Source: Octopus sinensis (taxonomy: Eukaryota). Taken from it: a DNA stretch of 64,000 bases. Of the stretch, positions 40,440 through 52,199 are shown piece by piece. A program made the translations under genes and the position numbers. Location: NCBI RefSeq assembly GCF_006345805.1, contig NC_043010.1, positions 31,620,001-31,684,000 of the forward strand, given 5' to 3'. Position 1 is the stretch's first letter. Each line of letters starts with the position of its first letter. The notes beneath the pieces were generated by a model that saw nothing but the letters and a program-made list of their open reading frames with translations, was not told where the DNA came from and ran no database searches.

Positions 40440-42400
40440 CACTGCACCTTTCCTTTCCTCTATTGAGTTGTGCACTGGAAATCAGGTGGCTTCGGCCACA
40501 CTTCGTCTCCGATCGAGCATATGTAGACCCTTCCTCTCCTGACCGCTGTGGTGCTACGCTTAGGTATCTCCATTCGTACTGGAATACAATTCTTTGTGGA
40601 ACCTACACCCTAACTTACACTACATTGGGTGACATATTGTACCAAAACTGCCTTAATGGAGGAGATGCGCCCACTCTCAGCTTTGGCTTTGATTGTGCGG
40701 AGGTGTCGTTCCACAATCCCATTTCCACTGGGCCTGCATGCAACTCTGAAAAAGCGTCTGATATTTCATCTTTCGAGCGTTTCCTTCAATTTTCCCGAAG
40801 GAAATGCTGTGCTGTTGTCCAGTAACAGCTCGTCCATTGGTACCCGTTTTTGGAATATCGTTTTCAGCTCCTTTGCAATTTCGGCCACAATCCTTTGCAA
40901 TTTCGACCCTGATTTCCCTCCATATCGATATTCGCCCGGGCCCACAGTCAACCATTGAAAGGTACAACCTTCCCTGATATTGTGTCTCATCTATCCTCTT
41001 CCAGTCTTCCTTCACTCGAACCTTTCCTATTTCATACACACTCAGTGCGGGGCCGATGGACTGACACTTATCACAACTCACAACTACCTTCCGAGTACTC
41101 TCCCTGGTAACATCAGAGTCAGCCTTCCTGGCCCAAAACAGAGTCCTGTCGACTTCCATGTGATGCATACTGTGCAGCCTCCTCAGTTCTGAACCCTCCA
41201 GCAGACATGCTGTAGCCACTCCACTCAATAAATCCTCTATCACTTACAACCAGTGCTTTTTAATCCTGGTTAGAGCATTCTACCTATTTTTTTTCAGAAG
41301 ACAAAGAAACTGTTCGCAGCTTCAGGCTAAACTCAGCAGCTCGCGCTCACAAGATTCCCAAACGACGCTTAATTATCATTTCCGTGCTCCCCACCTTTTG
41401 CGCGAAGCCTCAGCACTAAGTTCACACCTTTCAACACAACATCTAGTTCAGCTAATTGATGCAAGTGTAGCCATCCTTCTTCCTAAGCCATGCTGCGTCT
41501 TCCACCTCAACGCTTCCCATTTCTAGAATGACTCCTATTGTTATGCAACCTGCATCACACCATAGATCCCTTTCTTTGCTTCGAGCGCATACCAGTTGCA
41601 TTTCTCTGGCTTTTCCGATCTCACTCTCTCGTCTTGCATCCCACTTAATCATCTCAGTTCATTCCATCAACTCACTTCTTGATGTAACTACAAGCCGTTC
41701 GACGCCATCTTGCAACAGGATAGTATCCTACCAGCCACCCACACTTTGAGGATAGTTATCACCTGTTTATATTCTAGCATAGGTCTGTGGTATCATTTCT
41801 TCTCCGAAATAGGAGCCTGTTTGCTTTATCTCTTTCGGGCCGTTCCTCCCATAGCCTCCAGCAGTTTTGCTGTCGATCCGAATTTTCTCAGATGATCCAC
41901 AATTTCCTCTTCTGATGCTACATCCTAATCTAGAATGTCCTCATGTGTGTCGTTCTGCATCAACAATCACGTCTTATCCGCTAAGTTGATCCACTTCATC
42001 CACCTCTAGATACAGATTCAGTGCACTTCCCTCTAAGTGAAGTGGAATAAGTCTACCCATATCTTGAATGTCCTACAACTTCGTCACGAGCTTCATCTTG
42101 TTTTTATTCAGACCACCATGTCACCTTCGCAGGAAAACAGTCTCAAAACGTCATTGCTAATCCTTATCCACGTAGCCTTCATAAGTGTCAGTGGTAGTAT
42201 TTCCCCACAACAGATAAACAGCGTACCAAAATAGCTTGTAGGAGATACGGTAAAAATATGAATGCTCTTACTTCGAGACGAATTCAGAAGATCCACTTCA
42301 CAAGGATCAGAACTTGTTGGATGTACCTTCAAGCGTACTCTACCCTAAACTCTGGCCAGTAACCACTCTCCCTCTGAAATTTCCTCCATATGTCCGTTCA
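40440..42400 (-). mobile_element. Ty3/Gypsy pol relic (integrase plus upstream pol remnants)
   Basis: LHSMHHMEVDRTL..CDKCQSI zinc-binding motif, LSMVDCGPGR.., DELLLDNSTAF, and GNGIVER-like core across frameshifts. No LTRs recognised. Confidence 0.8.
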
Positions 42401-42521
42401 ACTCATGTACTTTTTGGTTATCACACCCCATTAAGAAAATTGGGTTATTTCGCCCAGTTTTACGAGAAATATCGGTACTTTTGTTTATCTCACTCAACTA
42501 AAAAAATTGTTTAACTCTCAA

Positions 42522-42552
<31 letters not shown>

Positions 42553-42848
42553 AAAGTGAAAAAATTGATAAACATGAAAAGTGAAAAGATGAAGCATCGT
42601 TTTGAATCTGATAGTATTTTTATAACAAATCATACAAAACTGAAAAAAATTAATAAACATGAAAACTGAAAAAAATTAAACATCTTATTGAATCTGATAA
42701 TATTTTTATAACAAATTATACCATGCCTATTGAGGAGACCAAACGTCAACAATGTGTTGAAGTATTAAATCAAAAGGATCTAACTCTTTTAATCCAATCT
42801 CTTGTCGCCACGTTAACTCGATTTTTTAGTGGGGAGATAACCCAATTT

Positions 42849-43290
42849 GGATCTTTTCGGTTTCAACGGTAATTTTTTCTAGCGCTGTCATATGAAATTG
42901 TCACCCATAATTATGACCCTAGTATCGATCTATTGCATTTCAATCTGTTTTAGAGTTAGGGTTAGTTAGGGTTAGTTGGGGTTAGGGGTGGGGGAAAGGG
43001 TATCTTTTTTCTTCAGAAATGTAAATAAACCCAATCTGTTTCTTAAACGAGGGACATATTCATACGGCACAAAATGTTTTCACCTCAATAGACATCATTG
43101 ATTGGTTGAAATTGCAGAAATTGAAGAAAAAAAATCAACAAATATCTTACAAACTATAGAATTTTCTCAATAAAGCCAAGAGAAAAAAATGTTTTATAGA
43201 CACATTCTACCAGTATACGAAGTTTAAAAGTGTTTAGTTACGTGGAAATTATAAAAAAAAAAAAACTGCCGTTCAAACAGAAAAGATCCC
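42849..43290 (+). mobile_element. MITE with ~22-bp TIRs and internal TTAGGG repeats, copy 1
   Basis: ggatcttttcggtttcaacgg ... ccgttcaaacagaaaagatcc; internal gttagggttagttagggttag. Confidence 0.8.
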
Positions 43291-44259
43291 CCAAGTTTTT
43301 AATGACAATTTTTTAATGGGGATGAGATACCCAAAAAGTACCTAACACTTTACATACATGCATGCATACATATATGCATACATACATACATTCATACATA
43401 CATGCATAAATACATACGTACGTACGTATTTAGTTCATACTTACATACACACGATGGCATGCACACATGTTCACGTGCATTCAATCATACTTACATAGAT
43501 ATATACATACACATGCAAACGCATACAATACATACACATAAATTCATACACACAATTCATACAATACACATATACTTACACAACAAACATACATATGTAC
43601 ACACACTCTGATACATACACTTTGCACTAATTTACAGAAAGAGTTACCTACTGGCGAAGTATTTCGGGCGAGGTCAGGAGGTCAAGTGTCAAGAAATGAA
43701 CTAAGAAATACAGGGCACGTGCCGTGCATGCGTTGATTTAATTTTACAGCATTTTGTACTTGATATTGTGGCTATATGGTGGTGGTGGTGGTGGTGGTGG
43801 TGGTAATTATGAGGTCGTATTGCTGTCGTAGCGAAATGGTGGTGGAATGGTTGTGGTGATGAAGAGATGGTATTTGTATGGTGGTGGTGTGTTATGTGAT
43901 GAAATGGTGTGGTAGTAGAGGTGGTGACGATAGTGGTGCGATGGTTTGTGGAATTGTGTGGTTTTGGTAGTGGTGATGGTGCATAAATTATTAAATCAGA
44001 CTGAGCAGACAAACCTATGATCAAAGACCTTGCAACCATGACCATCACTTCTGGGGTTTGATATTTGTCACAGGTTTGGTGATCACGTCGTGGGTTTGGT
44101 GATGGTCTCAGATATGGTTGTTAATGCTGTTAACCCTCGTTCAGCCCTGAGAGAACAGACTTATGATACACAAGGGGTCTCAACAAAGAGTTAAGTACCA
44201 TACTGTACACTCCGACGTTCCCTGGCAGACACTGTACATTTCTGTAACAATCCGACATA

Positions 44260-44706
44260 GGATTTTTTCGGTTTGAACGGCAGTTTTTAACATAATTTCT
44301 AGGTAACTAAAAATATTAAACTTCGTATACTGGTAGAATGTGTTTATAAAACATCTTTTTCTCTTGGCTTTATTGAGAAAATTCTATAGTTTGTAAGATA
44401 TTTATTGTTTTTTTTTCTTTAATTTTTGCAATTTCAACCAATCAATGACGTCTATTGAAGTGAAAACATTCTGTGTCGTATGAATATGTCCCTCATTTAA
44501 GAAACAGATTGGGTTTATTTACATTTGTGAAGAAAAAAAGATACCTTTCCCCCACCCTAACCCTAACCCTAACTCTAACTAACCCTAACTAACCTTAACC
44601 CTAAAATAGATTGAAATGCAATAGATCGATACTAGGGTCATAATTATGAGTGACAATTTCATATGACAGCGCTAGAAAAAACTGCCGTTCAAACCGAAAA
44701 GATCCC
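44260..44706 (-). mobile_element. Same TTAGGG-containing MITE, copy 2 (inverted)
   Basis: Reverse complement of 42849-43290, with ccctaaccctaa repeats at ~44555-44603. Confidence 0.8.
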
Positions 44707-45121
44707 CGACATACACTGGGGTGTAGTGTAATAGTCAGGATATACTCTACTCTACTCTCTACAGTGTCTCTTCTATTTCTCCCCTCCCATACATTCTAGT
44801 AGTTACCATCGCTGAGAGGAGCAAGGTGGATACTGTTGAAGCAGGGCAGTTTCTGTTTCTCAACATCATTGTTGGTGGTTTGCTACCCAGCACGGAATTA
44901 GAGCTCAGTGAGCTCAGTGATGTTACAACTGTTTGTTTATATGTTACTTATGTTTGTCTGAACAGAATGGAAGAGATAGTATTGTTAGGATGGTGTTGTG
45001 GTAGTGTTATGCAGTATAAATGTATCTGAGCGTACAGCCGCAGAGTTTGAAGCGAGGTGGAATGAAATGTAGTGTAGCAACAAGCTGTAATCTTTGAGAC
45101 AGACAGACAGACAGACAGACA

Positions 45122-45158
<37 letters not shown>

Positions 45159-47601
45159 CCCCCCACACACACTCCCCCCCACACACACAACACACACCAG
45201 TGGTGGCTAGTAGATAAAATTAGTGGGGGTGCTGCTTCAGAAAATTCTTAGCCTTTGCTTTAATATTGTGTAAAAGGAAACAAATATATAAAAAGGATAT
45301 TTATACATAAACTTGATCGGTTTGTGTTTTAGCCACTGCCGAGTAGTGTGTTTAATTTGTTTACTGAAAACCACCGCTAATTCCCGCTTGTGTTTCAAAA
45401 ATCCCCACTAAATCACAAAATAAGGGGGATGGAAATCTGCGCTATTTTTCAAATCCCGGCAGCAACATTGTAGCTGGAAGCAGGATAATAATCTAATTCT
45501 ACACTTTATCACATTCAAGAATATAAACACGTTTTTAAGCACAACACACGGGGAGTCAAAAAGAAACACTATCTTTCACCAGCACACCAGGGTCAGCACT
45601 GCGTGAACGACAGTGCTCTCTCTCCCTAGCGTGCAACTTCCTATCTGGGAGATGTGAGCATGCTCACAACAGCCAAGCACCACGTTGCTGGGACTGTGAA
45701 GCGCCCAGTTCTATACAAGGTTTTTGCATTTATTTTCTTAAACTGGGGGATGGCTACTGACATTAAGCTTAAGGATTATATAATGTACAAGTATAAAGAA
45801 AGAATTAAAGAAAAAAAGGATCATTATATTGAATGTTATTGATAATATCGAGTGGAAATAGGATGTGCTGCAGTTCGGCAGTGCCTATACACGAGCCTCC
45901 ACTGACACACACATACATCTTAATACAGCAATGCAGTATATTTTTATGAAATAGATACAGTATTCAACAGTCTAAATTTAAGCTAAAATACCTAATATAA
46001 TGCCGTATGTAAATATGACAGCCATATGTAATAACTAATATCGTTGTGCTCTGAATGGAATCTTCTGTTTCTAATATGCGTGTCCACTCTGCCCAATGCA
46101 TGTATTGAGTCCACAGTTGAGCTATGGGTCTTCACAGATCTACACTGGACATATTTCACCCATCCCCCACATAAATATCATGTTTTAAAATTATAAACAA
46201 TCATCGTATATTGACTACAGAAAATAGTCTAATACTTGAATGCTTAGCGGCATTTCGTCCGTCTTTACGTTCTGAGTTCAAATTCTGCAGAGGTCGACTT
46301 TGCCTTTCATCCTTTCAGGTTCGATAAAGTAAGTACTAGTCGAGCACTGGGGTCCATGTAATCGACTTACCCATCCCCGGAAAATGACCGACCTTGTGCC
46401 AAAATTGGAAACGAATATTAGTGATTATAAACCCCGTAACGGGGAAAAAATGAGCATTAATATGCGTAGAAATCGAAAATAAGAAGTGTGATCGATTCTC
46501 ACGCGTACTAATACTCAATTTTTTTTCCATGCGGGTGTTTATATGCCCTAATACTAGACTATTTTCTATAGTCAACATTCTTTCGCCACCATTGAATCTT
46601 TACTGTTTGGCCGCCAATTTTTCAATGTCTTCAATTTTGTTCCAATTGATTTCATATTTGGTGTATTGATGTAATTTTGTATGGTAATTATTGACATGTA
46701 ATTCATTTTCGCCATAAATCAATAAGTAAAGAGTTAATAGCTTTTAAAGTTTACAAATTTTAGGTAATTTTAACCAATCGATAGCCTGACATATAGGTGC
46801 CTGTTTCCATACTAACAAGCCAAGTTGTCACCAAGCTGATGACCAACTGAACAGTCAGTCGGGTGGTCAGTTTTCGCTTATTGAATGCTTAAAACACATG
46901 AGATGTGCTAACAATAACAGGTAACCAGGCCTTAAATCACGCACCAAAATTCTTTTTTGGGGGAGGGTTGGTGCATAATCGTATGAATTTCCGCGTGTAG
47001 AATAGAAATTTGCAAACATTTTCTGAAAATTCCAAAAAATTATATGGGGTTATGTGGCGCGCGTAAAGCAGAATTCTGCCAAAATTTAATTTTTTTAGTT
47101 TGATATTAAAACATGTGCTATCGTTGCAATGTTGACAACACGTGCAGTCACGCACAAAATGGCGGCTTCCAAATCCTGTTTTCTGAGTGGGTAAAATGAT
47201 CAAACTTTAGACTTCTGTACCTTTTTGAAAAAACTTTCTAGAACAAGTGAGATTCATCGTGAAAAATTACATCAATACACCAAGTTTGGAAATTTTCACT
47301 TAATTTTAAAATTTCAAAAAGTGCAGCCAAATAGAAAAGATCCCCACCATTTCTTATTTCATGCAGAATTTTATAAATAATATCAATATGTAACATCAAA
47401 TATTTAAATCTAATACCTATGTCATTGCAATATAAAACAATGTACGCCAGATATATCTAATAGAAAATACAAGCAAATACATAAAGAATTACGAATATTA
47501 AAATGAACAATTACGAGAATTAATATTTATTTTTATTGATATCCATATTTTTGCTGTATTTTACTTGTATATGCTTTGAATGTATCTTTGCACACATACA
47601 C

Positions 47602-47635
<34 letters not shown>

Positions 47636-47647
47636 CACACACACACA

Positions 47648-47694
<47 letters not shown>

Positions 47695-47823
47695 ACAAAC
47701 ACACACACATACACGCATTCACAGAAAAAGAGAGATAGAAAGAGAGAAGGTTGATTGAAAGAAGGAGTATAAAAGTGAGAGAGAAATGATGGAAAAGATA
47801 CGAGGCGAAATGCGGTCAATATG

Positions 47824-48129
47824 TGACCCCAAAAGGTCAGAGAGCCACGAGAAGAGACAGAAGGGGGAAGAAGAGAGAGAAGAGAGGTGGAGCATGTCTT
47901 GTGTTTGTGTGTGAGAGAGGGAAAGAGAAATGACTGTTAGATCAAGAATAAAAATTAGAAGGAGGGAAAGACAAATGAAATAAGGTCACAAAGTGAAACC
48001 TTGAGGTCAAGGGACTTTTGACAATACGAAAGTTCTAATTTAGTAATTTCCTCATTTTTCTCTATTAAACAAACAGGGTTAATAAGGTTAAGGTCAACTT
48101 CAAGTTCTGTGTGAAGGACGATGTGACCT
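47824..48129. promoter_or_regulatory. Candidate enhancer: cluster of nuclear-receptor half-sites plus a forkhead site
   Basis: RGGTCA/TGACCY at 47824, 47834, 47983, 48004, 48091 and 48124; RGGTTA at 48076 and 48085; TAAACA at 48066. Function is not shown. Confidence 0.35.
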
Positions 48130-48935
48130 TATTGTCAACTTTAACACGTACGCATGCATACTTATACACACATACGTACATACACGTACATAGACGCATG
48201 CACACACGTATGCATGTAGTCAACTCATGTCATTTTCTTCATTGTATATGCACCTATTCTTTATTCAACGGAAGATACTTTATCCCTTTTCACAGCGGCC
48301 CTAAAAATGCCATTCTTTCCGCACACACACCGACTGGCAACAAAATCGTTCTGTCCAGTGATAAGATAATTTTTCGCGGCTTACCCTGGCCCGATCTCAT
48401 ACAGCCAGAACATGTGGTCTAGTTTGTGACTCTTTGACATAATTAGAATGAATAGTCGTGGTCTTCCCATGCTGCAACTACATTCTAAACTGGATCTTTG
48501 CAATACGTAATACATCATTCCGTCAGAAACTCAAATATGAAGTTACCTGGATCCGTTCTCGACCAAAATAGATTAATCTTATTGACCTTGTACATATGTA
48601 TGTTTACTTATATAAACATGACATTCGTGATTTTTGTAGCGATACATGGGGGCTAAGTGTTGGGTTAGTCACTGCCTAGTACGAGCAAGACTGAAGCTAA
48701 TTGTTAGGGAAAAATTTACACCAAATAACAAAACTCCGATATCTTATAATAACTGTAGCTTTTCGTAAAGTTCTGAGAAATTCAGCATCTGATGGTTCAT
48801 CGTCAGACCTCAAACAAAAGGGTTGGTTCAATTAAAGTAACCTAGAAATATTTGAGCATATACCACACCACAACTTGTTCAATCCTAAATTACCTGCAGA
48901 GGAATTTTCGAAGACAGAGAAATTAAGTGCCATAG

Positions 48936-49017
<82 letters not shown>

Positions 49018-49071
49018 TGAGACAATGAAGAACGCGTGATAGTTGACCAAATCTATAGTTATTCAACTAGA

Positions 49072-49403
49072 CCAGGGATTCTTCATTTTTTTTTATCTAT
49101 GGACACCTTTGATGACCATTTTATTTTGGTAAACCCCCATTCGAGGTTTAAAAACTTGTCTTATAGAATGTTATTTATCAATGCTTCCGCACATTAATTT
49201 ATGTAGGCTGAACTATGTAAAATGTTAGAGAAAGAAACTTAGATGTTTCTTGCAATACATACCAATGCACACATCTAAAGCCAAATTTTTCGAGGACACT
49301 TAAAATACTATTGTAGATCCCCAATTTACTATTTTTTTGTGTGGACCCTAAAAATCTTATATGGACTTTCAGGGGTCATATGGACACTGATTGAGAACCA
49401 CTG
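49072..49403. mobile_element. hAT-type MITE
   Basis: Imperfect termini cagggattcttca ... ttgagaaccactg, typical of the CAGGGGTTCTCAA-type family. Confidence 0.5.
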
Positions 49404-49756
49404 AACTAGACTTTGATACTAAAAACAAAAATAAACCCCAAACAACAACGTACAACTTATCAAAACAAGTTTCGGACTATTAATCAACTACTATTTCAGT
49501 CTGTTTCCACAGATCATTACCATTAAAGAGAATAATATGGAAAAATCTCAGGAACTGATGGTATACCAGCTGAGATTACTGTAGCCACCTGGTTCTACCA
49601 TTTTTAAAAGTCAAGAATCAGCTCATCACTTTCTATTGAAAGAACTGACCAACTGTAAAGATATAAACAAATTTTTTCTTCTTTCTTCCTTCCTTCTTTC
49701 TTTCCTTCTCTTTTCCACTGACACTCCTTTCAGATGCACAGACACAGACACACACT

Positions 49757-49837
<81 letters not shown>

Positions 49838-49839
49838 TC

Positions 49840-51735
49840 TCTTATTTAGATCTAAGGATACATGGAAGAAATTGACAACCGTCAGGTTGGCATCTGTAGC
49901 TATGCTAAGACCGAAAGTTTTCATCAAATGGATAATGTCTTTCCTAAACTCATCCTGTGCTGGTCCACGACCTAGCTTTAACCGCAAATGCCAAATACCA
50001 ACCGATCCCCTGCTGGTCCATTGGTATTTGCAGTTAAAGCTAGGTCATGGACCAGCACAGGATCGGTTTAGGAAGGACATTATCCATTTGTTGAAATCTT
50101 TCAGTCTTAGCATAGCCACAGATACCAACCTGACGGTTATCAATTTCCTCGATGTATTCTTAGATCTAAATAAGAATATTTATAAACCTTATAGGAAGCC
50201 CAACGATAGACTTAGTTATATTAATGTGGGTTCCTGCCCCACCATAGTGTTTAAAAATTTAGTTAAAAACATTAACAAAAGAATTTCTAGCCTCTCCTCC
50301 AATAGGGACATTTTTAATAGCGTTGCCTCAGTATATAATAAGGCTCTAAAAGATAGTGGATTTAGCGAGGAAATAACCTATATACCTGCCACCAGTCCAA
50401 TAATAAAGAAAAGGAAACATATGTATAGGAGAACTATCTTATTCACACCCCCTACTCACCCGAAGTGACCGTTAATATAGGCAAGTATTTCTTAGTAATG
50501 ATAGACAGGCATTTTCCAGTCAACCATACTTACAGAAAGCTCTTCAATAGACATAACTTAAAAATCAGTTTCAGCTTAACTACTAATTTTAAAAATATAA
50601 TCGCACACGACACACAAAAACCACAAAACGAAACCAGCTGTTCATGCAGGGATAAAAATGTGTGCCCGCTAAATGGAACTTGCATGTCCGAGTCCATCAT
50701 TTATGAAGTACACGACGAAGAAATACGTGGGCTTTACAGAGGGTAATTTCAAGGCCAGGTTCAATAATTACACCTTGAACTTCGGGCACTGGGATAAAAG
50801 GAAAACGACCAAATTATCCAGTCATATATGGTCCTTAAAAGATAAAGGTGTCAGTTACAACATCCATTGGAAGATCATAGCCCTACACCAACGGCAGTGG
50901 AAAGTACGGTCTTTGTGATATGGTAAGATGGCTCATCTAGAAAAGCAGCTTAGACCCCGCCACATGTCTAGATTCAAGAACTGAACTTTTCGGATCATGT
51001 CCATATGTGGCTAAATATTTGTTACGTTTTTGGTCATTCCGAGATTACAGATAGGACATGCTTTTAATATTGTCCACGTACAAGCTTTTTATCTCTCTAT
51101 ACTTTTTACTTATATTTCTTATATATTCTTTATATATTTTTTTACATATTTATAGAGATATTGTTTTATAGTTTTGTTGCAAATATATTTTTTACACATA
51201 ATTTTTCTGCATTCTACCTTCCACCCTGCATTTTTCCTGTGCGTATATAGACGTGTATACGGAATTTTTTGTGCGCGCGTGTGGATCTGTGCGTGTGTGC
51301 GGGTATGTGCGTGTATAGACGTGTGTGTGTGCGAGCGTGTATGTGGGTATGTATATATTTTTGACAAATGTGTGGGTGAGCATGAGTGTTTCAATTGAGG
51401 ATGGATGAGTATATACATATAAGCGCATGCACGTGGGTGTGCGGGCGGGCATGTTTATGTATAGACATGCACGCTTAGGCTTTTACTATGAACATTTTTA
51501 CTCCCTTACCTTTACTCCCTCCCCTTACTTAGCAGTCATTCTAATAGCTCTTTTGTCTTAATAACGGTCAATCACACAGTAATTTCCCTTTGTTTTAACG
51601 GTCACTTTCATAGCCTTTTTTGCGATGGCCCGATAACTGAAGACATCCGAAACTCGGAGTTTTATCACGGCTACGGAATAATTGTCACATATATTTACAG
51701 ATAAATTCCTCTATTTACATAATATCGAGGTCTCT
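49840..51735 (+). mobile_element. 5'-truncated Penelope-like (Neptune-type) element: RT thumb, GIY-YIG, pLTR
   Basis: INFLDVFLDLNKNIYKPYRKPND..RISSLSSN..YNKALKDSGF; CSCRDKNVCPLNGTC..IIYE; KYVGFTEGNFKARFNN..LSSHIWSLKD. Inverted duplication at the 5' end. Hammerhead motif at 51628-51671. Confidence 0.88.
51628..51671 (+). ncRNA. Minimal hammerhead motif (stem II absent) in the pLTR
   Basis: gcccgataa-CTGAAGA-catcc-GAAA-CTC g GAG-T-T-ttatcacggc. Confidence 0.55.
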
Positions 51736-52199
51736 TTCATTCTTTTGTTGTCTTGCCATTTCTATCAATATATATATTTCCGTGTTGCCTTCCGGAAGGT
51801 AACACTAGAAGTCTATGACTTATTTCCCTTTCCTATACCTAATCCATCTTACTAAGTTGTTCTCTTCTCACACTCTAAGTTTTGCTTCTATTCTTATTAT
51901 GCCCTCTTGAATAAGAAAAATATACTGTACCTATTGGTAACTGATTCTTGTATGTATTGGCTCTCCTAACCATTTAGACCTTCTGAAGAAGCCTAGAGGC
52001 GCACTCAATATCCGCACTTTATCTACCCATCTGTACAGGATGGAGATAGCATGGAGGATATATATAGTGGCTTCTTGGCAGAAACGGCCGTAAGGAACTG
52101 ATCTCTTACTCTTTTATGTATTACTAGTGTGTAACACAGTCTTTGCATGTATATGTATTCTCATAATACTTCCATATATTTTAGAATAAATACACAAAA

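Noticed and set aside
40440-42400. Active Gypsy element or domesticated integrase gene
   Set aside because: Multiple frameshifts and stops, and no LTRs or intact catalytic frame.
42950-43000. True telomere or chromosome-fusion scar
   Set aside because: The short degenerate TTAGGG arrays are internal to a MITE present in two copies.
43701-44048. His/Thr-rich ORF as Hhex exon 1
   Set aside because: Built from (CAC)n low complexity and a common repeat fragment. No Hhex motif and no compatible donor found.
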